Shown: in pieces, positions 25,774 through 37,868 of the stretch
How positions within the stretch are numbered: the first letter of the stretch is position 1
Layout: each line of letters begins with the position of its first letter
Origin: Cercozoa sp. M6MM
Taxonomy: Eukaryota > Protista > Endomyxa: Ascetosporea
NCBI GenBank assembly: GCA_040357565.1
Contig: JBDODJ010000010.1
Strand: one strand, 5' to 3'
Length of the DNA stretch: 64,000 bases
Notes under the pieces: generated by a model
What the model was told of the DNA's origin: nothing
The model's database searches: none
Seen by the model: the letters and a program-made list of their open reading frames with translations, nothing else
Translations under genes and position numbers: made by a program

Positions 25774-26103
25774 CTTAGTTGACTCGACTACACCACACGA
25801 CAAACTCACGAACAAACACGATGTAAAAGACAAAGGAAAGCCACACCTCAAAAACACAAAAACGACGACCCCAGATAGACGAGAACTGCTCCCGCGTACT
25901 CCAACTGCGCTTTGGCACTCCACACAGCACTTAAGGCACCGCAAATGACTCACACAGCCCGAAAGCGAAACACTTGAAAAGATTAAATTAAGTCTTGATG
26001 GGTTTTTTGGTCACTTTGATAAAACAGTTCGTGCTCTGGCCCACCTTCCTTCAATCACGAAAAAGCCATTAAACAGTCGCTCGCTTCCGGACTTTTACCG
26101 TTC

Positions 26104-26320
26104 TGTTACGGCATAGCGATTTAGTCAGTCAAGTCAGCCATTTGAATACTTCTCCGCTCGACGTCTTTCCCACAACGCGTTCATGATGACAAAGCTGCCA
26201 CTTTTGGACAGCTATTTGTTACCGCAGTCTTTCATAAATTGAGGCTTTGGCAGTGCTCTTTCGAGGAGGTTAGCAACACTTCTAAAAATCCTAAGTGAAT
26301 AACTTTCCCCCGCCGTAACA
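26104..26320 (+). mobile_element. Short LTR-like element sharing termini with 40574-41531 (family B)
   Basis: Starts TGTTACGGCATAGCG (identical to 40574-40588) and ends CCGTAACA. Flanks do not form a TSD. Confidence 0.55.
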
Positions 26321-26476
26321 TATTATCATCATCTCCAAGTCGCTCACACTGTACTGGCGCCCAAGCTTCAAATTCGTCATGTCTTGTTCGCGTTCGGGAC
26401 GCTTCGTTCGACGGACGGAAAGTATCGATGTCAAAGCCGGCGGCGTACTCCCGCCTGGCGAAATCATCACCACCGA

Positions 26477-27624
26477 TCAGAGATCTTTCTTTGATTCATT
26501 CTGCTTCTTTTGTTGGGCCCTTTTTCGGGCGCGTTTCTCCTTGCTACAAAATCACGATCATACGGCAACAACACACGTGGCAAAAACAGTCGAAACAAAC
26601 GAGTACCGACGCTCACGCCATTGCTTGCGTTGCTCGCGCGTCATCTTTGGCTTGTGCTTCTTGTGGTGTCTCCGTTCTGCGAAGGGTATGAATATTCACG
26701 AAAATCAACCAGGGAAAAGCTTCACTATGCAAGTTACGTTGCTGTTGTCGGAAGCCACGGGCGCCGCCACCAAAGAGTGTGCTGAAAATGTCGCCCACAT
26801 CACCCATGCCGCCCACACCGCCCATGCCGCCCATGCCTGCATTAGACTCCAATTAAAGAAAACAAGCGACATTGACGTTACATACGGCCAAAGTTGACGT
26901 GAACGTTTGAACCGCGAAAAGCACCGCCAGGGAAGCCGCCCTGCTGTGGCTGACCCTGCTGCTGTTTGAGTCCCTGCAAAGAAAGTATGACACTGTTAAT
27001 TAATGCAGCGACTTCTTCGTACCTCTTCGCCAAAACGGTCGTAAATGTTTCGTTTTTTCTCGTCGTTGAGAACTTCATACGCCTCCACGACGCGCTTAAA
27101 CTAACATCCGCAGCGTAACACTGACGTAACACAACAAGTAAATATATCAGATTAGGATAAACAAGTACCTCCTCGGCAGCTTCTTCGCTCCTGTCTTGGT
27201 TTCGGTCCGGATGAAACTCACGAGCCTATTATACACGCTCATTAGTACAAAACTCACAAGAACAAAAAACACTACAGCAGACTTGAATGCTTTCTTGAGA
27301 TCCTCAGCGGAAGCACCCTTGTTCAATCCGAGACGATCTGCAGTGTTTGGCTGCAACAGATGCGGAAACACGCACAAGGACACAAAATACCATAATAGTC
27401 CTTAGCTTTCGGCCGACCTGGCAAAAAAGAGATGAAGGCAGAAGCACAAGCAAGGGAGTACTGCGGCCCTGAGTACCACGAAACTTGAGCCGGGCGGAGG
27501 CAGGGCTTAGCGTCGTAAGCAAGAGCAACAATGCACAGATGAGCAGTCTCCTGGCTGCTGTACGACAGACGAAATAATAAGGCACAATTATGTCGCCACG
27601 CGAGAAGCGAAACGCACCCATCAT
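26477..27624 (-). CDS. Secretory-pathway DnaJ/Hsp40 co-chaperone (signal peptide, J domain, G/F-rich region)
   Basis: Signal peptide RRLLICALLLLLTTLSPASA; KDYY|DRLGLNKGASAEDLKKAFK..FHPDRN..EAYEVLNDEKKRNIYDRFGEE|GL; G/M/F-rich region; ends SKKDL-stop. Confidence 0.85.
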
Positions 27625-27894
27625 TCTTCCCGGTTTTAGCCCCACCAATGCCACGAGCAGCGCCCAATAGGAGTCAAAACGTATTTTTGCGTGCTTGGGA
27701 TACCGCACAGTGCTGTACTGTGCTGTACTGTATCGAAACTTCGGGTGACGTCAGTGACGAATATGACGAATATGATTACTGCACGGTTATTTTTCAATGA
27801 TATAAATTATTTTGTTCGGTATGATTTCAGAGTTTTGAAGCCTACTCTAGTTGTTGACTTCGGCGTTGTGTTACTACTGTACTGTGCACGGAAG

Positions 27895-28631
27895 ATGGCC
27901 AAGAAGAAGAAAAGCAAGGGCCGTGGACAACATCTCCAGCGAAGTGCCTCCCATCGCATGCAGTTTCTCCACGCTGCGGCTCTGTTGATGAGCGATTTGG
28001 TATGCCCATTGCCCTGTGTCATACACCGCCGATGTATGCGTCTGAGCATCGACGTATGAAAATCGACAAATCTCTGTGGTTGCGAACAGGGTGCGTACGA
28101 GTTGGCGCACAACCTGGAGCGCGAAAATCGCAAATGCTCCCAGAAAGCGTGTTTGCGATTGTAAACTTCTCTGCATTGATGCCTATTTGACGGTGCAAGC
28201 GTTACTATTTGTGCAGAGACAAATCCACGAGACTAAGCGTGTGCATGTACTGCAGCAACGTGCAGGTTCCAGGCGTGACGTTGCGTGTGCGTGTGGTTGG
28301 TATAAAGCCGCGTGTTGATGAGTTGCTTGGCAAACTTGACCTGCCATGGTTCTTGTGTGAGTATGCAGACGATGTCGCCAACCCCCATCTACTCCGCCAG
28401 TGCATCGCATGCGGCCGTGCCCGTCGCTACCATGTGGCCGGTATGTTTTCGCGTCATTCCGATCATGCCGACATCAGGAGTGACGGCACCGAGCAGAAGG
28501 CGGAGAAACTGTCCGCGTCAATGAGCGTTAATTCTGCTCAGAAACGGCCCAGTGATTGTGGTAACGCTCGTGACAACTCTTCGTCGAGTCAAAATAATCG
28601 CCATGGACGTCGTCGAAGTCGTGACAGTTAG
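27895..28631 (+). CDS. RPP21: RNase P subunit RPP21/Rpr2, C-terminally truncated by a LINE insertion; original tail at 31142-31217
   Basis: HRMQFLHAAA; K..RLSVCMYCSNVQVPGVTLRVRV; QCIACGRARRY (Rpr2 zinc ribbon, two CxxC motifs). Confidence 0.85.
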
Positions 28632-31127
28632 TTAGTTGAGTCTTCTAGGAAACCAACTATGTAGTTCCCCTGCACCAGTCTGGGGTGGGTCACAAGAGCA
28701 TGGCCGTGTCTACCGCCCGCTTAGGGTAGGACCATACAACTCCCCTTTTGACGTTCCCCAGACACCGAAGTCGACTTCATGGTTGGTGCAGGTAGCGGGC
28801 TACAAGTAGAGAGGCGTCGCAGGCGGTGTCGGTCGTCCCGTCGTCGTCCTCCTGCCTCTCCACTCGATAACGAAGCAAGCAATCAGACATAGACTTAGGG
28901 CCACCACTGCTGAGAGTGGTGGCCTAGTCTATGTCGGGGACCTCTCGGTCCAGTGCCTGCTGGGAGGCTAGTTGTCCTTCGACAGTTGCTTCCTCGTCCC
29001 AGGAGATCTTGGTGCCTTGGTGCATTCTGTTGAGTGTTGCTAGGTTCTCAGGGTTGGCCAGTATGTCTTCAATTGTGCGCCATTGAGCCGCATTGGTGTT
29101 GTTTCTGATAGCTTCCGTTACTTTGCATTCCAGCAATCGGTGGTACGTGTCGAGGGTGTCCTCTGCATTCTCCCAGGTACCTGCGCAGTCGGGGCACTCG
29201 CTTACTTCGCGTTTCTGTAGTCGTTGTTTGCATCCCTTGCAGTTGGGAGTCCTGAGTCTGCCTCTGGCATTGCATTCATTGCACTTTCGTGGTATTTGGG
29301 CGTAGTTGTAGTACTTGAAGCTTCCAAGTCTGTTGCAGAGGAATCTTGAAAGTGTGCGGATGTCTGCGATGCTGAGTTTGCGCTCTTTGGCTATTTTGAG
29401 GAGTTTGTTTGAGTTCCTGATATGTTTCCAGGGGTTTCTGACGTGTGTTTTCTGTCGAGCTCTGACTCTGGCCCTTCTGAGAGGGCGTTGCGGTTCATTG
29501 TTTTTGCTGTTTCGGGTCTGCTTTTTCAGTTTCTTGTGGTCTGTTGTGGTTGTTCCTTCCTTTCTTTGCTTCTTTGTCTGCTAGTTCGTTGAGGTGAATG
29601 TCGATGTGTGATGGTACCCAGTGTACCGTGATGTGCATGTCCTTTGTTAATTCCTTCAGTTGTGCATCAATCTCATCCATCTCTGTTTTTTGGGGTGTTG
29701 TCAGGTGCAAGATTGTTCCTTTGTTGTCAATCAGGAGTGCGATACGGGTTTCTCCTTTTTCTTTAGCGTGTTTGATGCATTGCATTATGGCAACTCTTTC
29801 TGCATCATAGATAGTCGCGTTGGTGATTTTGCCATTGCCAGATCTTAGTCTTCCATTGACTGGTTTTCCTGATGTCCAGCCGTAGCCTGCTTCGCTTCCG
29901 GCAAGGCTGCCGTCAGTTGCGTACACTTGTTGTATCTCTGCTCTGTGTGAGAGGTCACGTATCAGTTGAAGCCACTTGTGCTTGTGGTGTTCAGCATCCA
30001 TTTTCCGTATTGACCATGTCTCGTGTTCTCTGGGTCTGTTCTCTGTTTTGATGATCCTTCCGAGAATCGTTCTCCTTCTTTGTGGTATTTCGCTCAGTTC
30101 AGCGTCGGTGATCTTGCGGTTTGTGGCTGCTCTTCTCCAAGCGGAAATTGGTGTGGTGTCAGTTTGTAGACACAGTGTGCTCTCTTTAGCGTAGTGATTG
30201 ATTAGTTCTGTCGCTTCGGCTCGTTCTGCCATCTCTTCGATTGTTCCTGTGTCGGTGATGGTGTACACTGCCTCGTTGGGAGAGCTCGTGGGTAGTCTCA
30301 TGCAGATCCTCAAGGCGGTGCGTTGTGTTATTTCGAGTTTTCTCCTCCATTTTGTGCTGCCTATTTTGTGCCACCAGAGCGCGATGCCGTATCGAGCGCA
30401 TGACAGTATTCATGCTTTGTAGATCTGTACCGCTAGGTATTGTGTGAGTCCGGACCTTGTGTATATCAGTCTTTTCATTGTGTTGATCCTCCGAGTGATT
30501 TTGTGGTGTAGTTGCTCTGCGTGTGCCTCGTATGACAGGTTTCTGTCTATGAGGAGACCTAAGATCCTCATTTTGTCTACTTGCTCGATGTCGTCTCTCT
30601 CGTTGTCGTGGGACAGTGTTTTCATTCTGATTTTGAGGTCTCTGATTGTCTTCGTTCCCAGTTGAATGAACTGAGTCTTTGTAGGTGCGAATTCCATGCC
30701 GTTGCGTTTTGCCCAGGTGGTGGCTGTGTCCAAGAGGCGCTTACAGACTTCCTGCATGTCTGTTCTCTTTGTTGTCCTTACTATGATGTATGAGTCATCG
30801 GCGTATCCGACACTGTGTGCAGTGGCTACTGCTCCTTTAATTTTATAGTTACGGGGGTGTCGTTTCATGTGTTCTCCTGTTCTTTGCAGTTGCATGTGCA
30901 TGTCATCGAGGAAGGTCTTTGCGAGTAGAGGACTGCAGATGGCCCCTTGGGGAGTGCTGCCGTTGACTTGTTTGTCTGTTGATTCGGTGTCGTTTCTTCT
31001 CACCGAGATGGTTCTGTCTGAGAGGAAGGACTCCATGAGTAGCAGTTCTTTGCCATTCATATGTTTAGACAGGGCAGTGATTGCGCCCTCTTTGTGGAGC
31101 TTGTCGAAGAAGCCTTTGATGTCTAGA
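28628..31127 (-). mobile_element. 5'-truncated non-LTR retrotransposon (RT + RNase H + Cys/His knuckle), disabled
   Basis: RT motifs LDIKGFFD, GSTPQGAICSPLL, YADD; RNase H motifs ATDGS, DAE, IDN, WVPSHIDIHLNELAD; CPDC..H....C; (TAAC)n tail; 14-bp TSD CGAAGTCGTGACAG (28614-28627 and 31128-31141); in-frame TGA at 30410-30412; frameshift near 29555. Confidence 0.93.
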
Positions 31128-31543
31128 CGAAGTCGTGACAGATCTCGCAGATCGAGAAGCCGCACGCCGACGCGTGCTCAAGACGGCAAGGCAACGCGGC
31201 TTCAACTGCCAGATTAATCTGCTCAGGTTTCTCCAGCAATCTTCCATGCCGGCAGGAACAATACTGCAAATTTGTGAGAGTTGCTTATATTGCTCTTGTC
31301 GTGTTACTTAGTACTTAAGTTTCGCGTTCTTGAAAATAGTCTGTACCGCACAGACTTTCGTTGGCGACTTTAGTGTGAAACTGAGACGGCAGTTGGAGAA
31401 TTATGCCCCCCAGAAGACAAACCAATTTACCATAACGCGTCTGCTAAAAACTCCGTCCCCGATGAAGCGAGAAATACAAAAAATGAAAAGCCCTCAGTGC
31501 TGCAGAAGCAGGCGAGCAGTTCTGTCAGGGTGTAATTGCTTTA

Positions 31544-33823
31544 ATGAGAAGCTTGGAAACTGTCAGTGGGAGAAAAACATCGGCAATGAAAGCACAAGAC
31601 ACAGGTGCTGAGTGCCTGCAAGGTATTGATGCGCTGACACTCCGTGATAGGAACCGCAAACTGACCGAGCGGTGCGATGAGCTAAGAGCGGCACTTTATG
31701 CGAGTCGAAAACGCGAGAAAGCTGCCCGACGCTCCGAGGCTCTCTTGCGCAAGGCGCTGGAGGTTCGACTGTCTCGAGGAGATATACTCAACTGTCTGCT
31801 CGAGACTATACCAGACAGTTCCTCAGTTCGCTTGAGAGGTACACACCCAATAGACCATACAAACTCCTGGTTTAGTTCTCATTCCTATTACTTGGGATAG
31901 GTTTGGAGAAGGCTTCTCAGTCTGAACACGTGCAGTTTAGTGCGCGTCAAAGGCGAGTACTCTCGAAGCACAAACAATTTAAAAGGAAGCACGTGCCCCG
32001 AAAACTACCTGAAGCACATATTTCACAGAAGACAGAAGCCAACCCGAGAGCGTTGAAGCCGCGTTGCCAAGAAACCCAGGTTATCCAAGCGACACAACAC
32101 GTGTCTGCGCTTCTGCTGGTAATTTGCAGTAAAACCCAGTGAATATTAATGTCGAAACCTGCACGCTGGTGGTACTTTACTGACCTCCGCTCTACTTCAG
32201 TTGAGGGCGAAGGTGGCTACTTTGACTGACGAGAACAGCGAACTACAGCATCAACTGAAAGCTTGTAAAAAAGAAATCCAGGATTCACGCAAGAGTGGCA
32301 AAGACGCAGTCCAAAGAGAAGAGTACTTGCAACACGAAGTGCAGACACTTTCTCAACAGTTAGAAGCAGTTCGGGCTCAAAATGAAGTAAGCGCTGACCT
32401 TTCGTTCATCTTTCTTCTCTAATTTGCAGTAGCGATTTCAAGTTTAGTACTGCGCTGGATTATTTAGGAACTCGCACGACAAACTGTGGCAATGAAAAAT
32501 GCGTCAGCGATACTGCGCGCACAAGTCTCTGAGTAAAATGGTTCTAAAACTGGTGTTCCAGTTCTATGACTATATAATTGGATGAGCCAAGCCTCTTTAT
32601 GTAGCGCCAACGAAAAGCTGCTATGCGCACGAGCAGATCTTGAAAGCTTCAAACAGGTGTTTTTTTTCAGTTTTCGGTTCAATTTTAACCTACAACTGAC
32701 ATTCTTACCGAGCACAGAACAATGCCGACGTTGGGATATCCCGTGATGCAATGAAGCAATTTTTGCAGGTAAAACTTAAAATACCCGTGGATTGCGAAGT
32801 TTGCCCCAAGGGGCTGTGAAAATTATCTTTATAAATACGCTTATTTCGTTCAGGAAATCTCTGAAACATCATGGAACGCGAAAAAACAGCTGGTTAGTAC
32901 GCGCCGCTCGATGCTCGCACGCTTAGCTGATGGTCAGTGCGGCAGCGCGGATGAAGAAGAGCTCAAGGGAGAGGAGAATGTCAATGACCCGGTATTTAAG
33001 TTTAAGTCTAAATTTACATCATTGTGTAACTTTATTTTCCGAAAATGCCGATGGTACAACTGGAAACAACGAACCTTTTTCTATAGTTGCTCAAGTGCGA
33101 CAGCGCGACAGCTCAAGTGACGCAATGCCGATTTTCGTTTCATTTGTTGCAAAAAGAGATACGCTGTTGTCTTGACGTATTGTCTCGACTGGTTGCGCGC
33201 CTTGAGACTACACAAACACAAGAGCATGAGACGCGTCGTTTGCACAGAAAAGCAAGCGAGCAACTGACGCGACTACAAACTCAGCTTCAAAGCGTATGCA
33301 GTGAAAGAGACTTACTCTTGAAGCAACAGCGGCTGTTGGTACATCACTGCCGCGCATTTTGTATTTGTTCGCACCGCCGTGTCTGTAATGAATACTAAAT
33401 TTATAGTAAATTTACACGGAAAATGTGCAGGTTCAAAAGACCATGAGCGCACGACGTCCATTTCGAACGCCTGTATCATTGAACGTACATTGAATTTGCA
33501 TTGTGTTTTAGTGTTTTTCGTCACAGAGAAGCGACGTGCAGGACTTCTTACGTTTCAAAAGAAAAGAACGTGAACACACAAACGTGCTTCAGACGAAGGA
33601 CGCTGCCAGCGCTGCAAAAGCGTCGCTACCCTCTAAATTTCCTCACCCGTACAACCAATTTGACTTGGACGAGAGAAAAGAGGCCGGCGGAAGCGGCGCC
33701 AACAACGTTCGCTGCGCGAGGCGACAAAATAAATTGCTCGACGAAGAAAAGCGCCTCCAACAACAATTACAAGAGCATATCGAGGTACTGTACAGTGCAT
33801 ATGCATCAATCAATGCCAACTGA
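31544..33823 (+). CDS. Multi-exon coiled-coil protein of unknown family
   Basis: Heptad-rich exons (LRDRNRKLTERCDELRAAL; LTDENSELQHQLKACKKEI; LLDEEKRLQQQLQEHIEVLY) separated by AT-rich GT-AG introns. Confidence 0.6.
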
Positions 33824-34359
33824 TAATTAAATTTGACGAATACTGTAACCCCTGAGCAGAGAGCCAGAAATTCGCAACGTCGCCTGTTCCACAGATACCA
33901 CCCGGCGGCAACTGCGACGTGAACAACCAGGGACCGGTATATCGCGTTCGCGTCGGCTGTGCTGATGCGTGTACACGTACAGTCAGGCCTGAGTTCAGTG
34001 TTTCTACTGAAAGTGTCCGTTCGGTCATTTGAGGGTCAATTCATTCAATCAGATAGAACCAAGCCGAACTGCCAGCCGAACACCGGACGGTCAGGAGCGA
34101 GACACAACGCAATATACAGCAGACAGTGTACGGTATCGTGCGCTAACGTAAACTTACAGTTGCGTTGCGTTGAGTTCCCAATGAATTGCGATTGAAAACA
34201 AACGAAACGAAGGCATGCGCAAACGGAATCGAACGCGACGGAAGGAATAAATTGCCGTGTATATCCAGCCTCCACCGATAAATTTCGGTCATTCAGTCGA
34301 TTGCGATGTCGAGTTTAATTCCAATTTGGTGGGCGCCCACCCCAGTGGCAATACAACCG

Positions 34360-36831
34360 CTAATTGACCTTGCGAATCATCTTCACGGCGAGCGCGCCGA
34401 GAAGAATTTCGAGCGCACTCACCAAGAACACAACGACGTAGCCACTTCTCTGCATTTTATAAATCGGTGCATGTAACAGATACACTGTCTGTAGGAGTTT
34501 CGGGTACCAAAGAGTCGTGCCTCCTGTAACTGTCGAGTATGCCACCCGAAAATGGTGCCACAAGGACCTACAAGAACGACAGTTTCTCGGTGTCAAAACG
34601 AAACAACCAGAAGTAGAAACTTTTTACTTGTGGCAGGACGACAGAAAGTGACCAGATGCCCATGTCTTGGCCAAAATATTTCGGGCACGGCATGACATCT
34701 GTAGCAAGTGCCTGATCAAGAAAATACGAAGGAGGATGAAAGACCGGCAAAAGAACAAAGGTGGGGTCGGATACCCAATCAATCGCGCTGAATGCACCAT
34801 AACCAATGCCGAACAGCAGTGAGATGAAGAAACAGAGCGCGCTACGGAGGCAAACAGCATGAAACAACAATCGATACTGTTAGTGAACTATGATATTGAG
34901 AATCGAAACTGACAAATTTGTGTTGACGGCGAACAAGAGAGCTGCTAAGGCAATGGTAGCCCCACTGGCATAAACAATCACCTTGCGTCTGCCCAGACGG
35001 TCGCTAATTATGCCTGCTTATAGGGGCAAAATAAAAGGGTGCCGATAATGTGCACAATTAGACATGAAACCAGCATAGGCAGAAGAGACAAAAGCGCCCA
35101 CGAGCAGAGGCGCGATCAGCAGCGACAAGGCCTGTTCCGCATGCTCGGCCACTGTGCCGAACAGCGGCAGTCGGAACTCCTTGATCTACACGATATGAAA
35201 GGCGATAAATGGACGACATACAGGAAGTTAAAGCAAGGTTAACGAAGGCAACGGATAAAAAATTATGATATACCACATCGGAAAGGTAGAAGCTGAGAAA
35301 CTCTTGCAATGTGAGCATGCCCATTTCTACGTGGAGCTGGTAGAAAGTGAGAGAGAAAGGAAAATGGGGTGCTACGGAAGAGAAAGCGCGAAACAAAGAG
35401 CCAGACAAAATCGGAGTCCCCGAATGCACGCCAGAAGAAGCGAAGACAGTGCCAGATCTATTGAAAATGGGTTGGTATGACAAACAAACAAAAAGCACGA
35501 ACGAAAGCTACAGTAAAATCCTCGTGACGTTCCAGCTCTTCCTCGTTGGCCTCTTGTTCCGGTTGTTCCTGTTCAAAGTCGAGTTCGTCATCCAATCCTT
35601 CATCTTCTGCACTCTCCTACAAAAAAGCTGTATATCGTTGCTCGGGTCGAAATGGACGAAAAAGGCACATGTGGAGGCCGAACATAGTCTTTGTGCGGTG
35701 GCAACGGCACTTCGGGCACGCACAGTACTGTCACACTACAAAAGCACATATTCAACAAGGATGCAGGCGCGGGGAGGAAACAGGCAAACGCTTGGAAAAT
35801 CAAAGTACAAGCACGTAGCGGCGTGCAGCAAGGCCAGAAGGAGGTAGGCCCAGGCAACACCCAGTGTGTTCACTTGATACCCAATAACACCTAAAATCAT
35901 CATAAACCAGAAATAAAAAAGTGCAACCAAGGAGGTGGAAACACAGGTAAACCTGCGGTGATGCAAACGTACCAGCGAACATGTAACCCAGCATTGTGAA
36001 AGCCCCAAGCCACCCAGCCTGCAATACGCCTCCCAAACGGTAGCACAAAAGGAAAGCGATACACGCGTGATACCGCAGTGCCTCTCTGTGCGGCAGGAGT
36101 GACGTCGGGAACAAGCGCAGAATATGGTGCCATGAGCACGTTGTTGCCTGTAGGAAGATGTTAGGGTGAATCTACTGGGGGAGAAAGAGGTGCGAAAACA
36201 CACCGGCAGACACGACGAGAAAAGACAGAGCCAACACCCATAGCGGCGGTGTCACTGACATCACCAGAAGACCGAGCGTAACAAGCCCCACGCCCAGAAC
36301 CATAAAGGGCCGCCTGCGTCCGTTGGCATTTCTAGACATATCTGACATTGCGCCAAACAAGGGAGCCATCACGATACTCGACAAGGCGCCTAGCTGCAAT
36401 TCACGCATAGTACACAGCATATCGATACGGTAGGTGGACGTGGTACCAACAAAGTGTCGCCAAGAGCCTCACCCTTGCGTTCAGGGGCGAGCATGGCCAC
36501 CTGTTTTGGCAGCAGCATTGTCATTAGTGGCAACCAAAGTGCTGAGATGCCAAGCCAGAAAGCACTCAGTGCTGCCAACTGACGTGAGCTTAACCGCCTT
36601 TTCTGTGCGCGGATAAGCGTCAGGGGAAGGAGGTAGACGCTGACATTGGTACCAGCCAAGGATGCACTCTCAACGGCGAGAGTGTCCGTAACTGCAGCAG
36701 TGATGAGGGAGGTCGCTGTCGCCGGCGCTCTCGTCGTACACGAACGCGCCCACGCAGACTAGATCAGATCCAAACTTCAGAGAAACAGAGGGAGAAAATA
36801 ATTAGAGGCTACAGCTGTTCTTCCTCGCCAT
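34360..36831 (-). CDS. Major facilitator superfamily transporter (SLC45/sucrose-transporter-like)
   Basis: PLFGAMSDMSRNANGRRRPFM (MFS motif A), APYSALVPDVTPAAQRG, a second motif SDRLGRRK, and multiple TM segments. Confidence 0.85.
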
Positions 36832-37868
36832 CGAACACGTCCGCTAATTCGACTTGCATGCTCTCGTCTTTAAGCACATAGGCTCGGAAACCCGGATTTT
36901 GAAAAAGATTCACTGGGCAATTCAACGCACGCTAAGTTGTGGGTCTACGGTAAGTGCTATCCTCGCCAAAGTTGGTGTCTCAGTCTAGCCAGAACACGAT
37001 CGAAGGTCAAACATGGGGAATAAGTCGTGCTCACCTGAGGCTGAGCTGCGGTACGGGTATAGTCCAGAGCACTGTCGGCACTAAAATTGAAATCTGGTCA
37101 CGTCAATCAGTTCCCTTAGCACCTTGTTTATCGTACAGGAGATTTTAAATCGAATATGTTTGTGGAGTTTGCGGTTTAGTAAACGTGTGTAGTGTGGTGA
37201 ACACTATTAGTTAAGTGTTTTGGGATAAACAGATCCCCGAATAATGCACCTCAGAAACAGACTTTTGTGCCGCCCTTTTCTCGATTTGGAGTGTTGTGTC
37301 ATGTTCGCGCACGTTAGTTTTATAGCTTCGCACAAGTTGCCACTACATTTAGCTATAGTCAAAAGTTTTACCACGCAATCAATGCACGTAACGTGCATAT
37401 AAATATATAACTTAGTAGGCAGCAGAAGTTCTTACCCATCACGAGTTGCTGCGGTTGCCGACTGCCCATCTGCACTTGTACGCCACGCGTGGTAGTCCTT
37501 AAAAGTGTCCTACATGACCAAGGCCGGTCTGCCGCCATGGTCTCGCTGGGAAACAAAAGCAATCAGGCAACGTTTTACAGCGGCACAGCGCGGGTGCTCG
37601 TGCATAATTAAAGTGGGCTGTAAAAACTACACCTTCACAGTGCACATTGTCCTCTGCTGCTGCTTGCAGCATACGCAGACGCCAAACTAGTGATACAGCA
37701 CAAAAATAATTACCTGGAAAGACTCGGAATAGAAATTCATTGTGCTGCGCGGCTTTTGTCACAGGTACGATTAACGACTAACATGTATGTGCACGCGCGT
37801 GCTCATATCGCTTAGTCCTAATTTGAGTGTCCCTTATTCTCGAATTGTTTTGCGGTGCAGTGCTTTCA

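Noticed and set aside
28630-28800. Self-cleaving ribozyme in the LINE 3' UTR
   Set aside because: No hammerhead core (CUGANGA...GAAA) or convincing HDV-like pseudoknot could be assembled by eye.
30410-30412. In-frame TGA between RT and RNase H, and TGA near 5744 upstream of an RGS motif, as evidence for stop-codon reassignment or readthrough
   Set aside because: The LINE copy is also frameshifted and truncated. The RGS-region TGA falls in an intron if the AG at ~5750 is the acceptor. TGA, TAA and TAG all terminate conserved genes here (PP2A, RFC4, YJU2, ZNF593).
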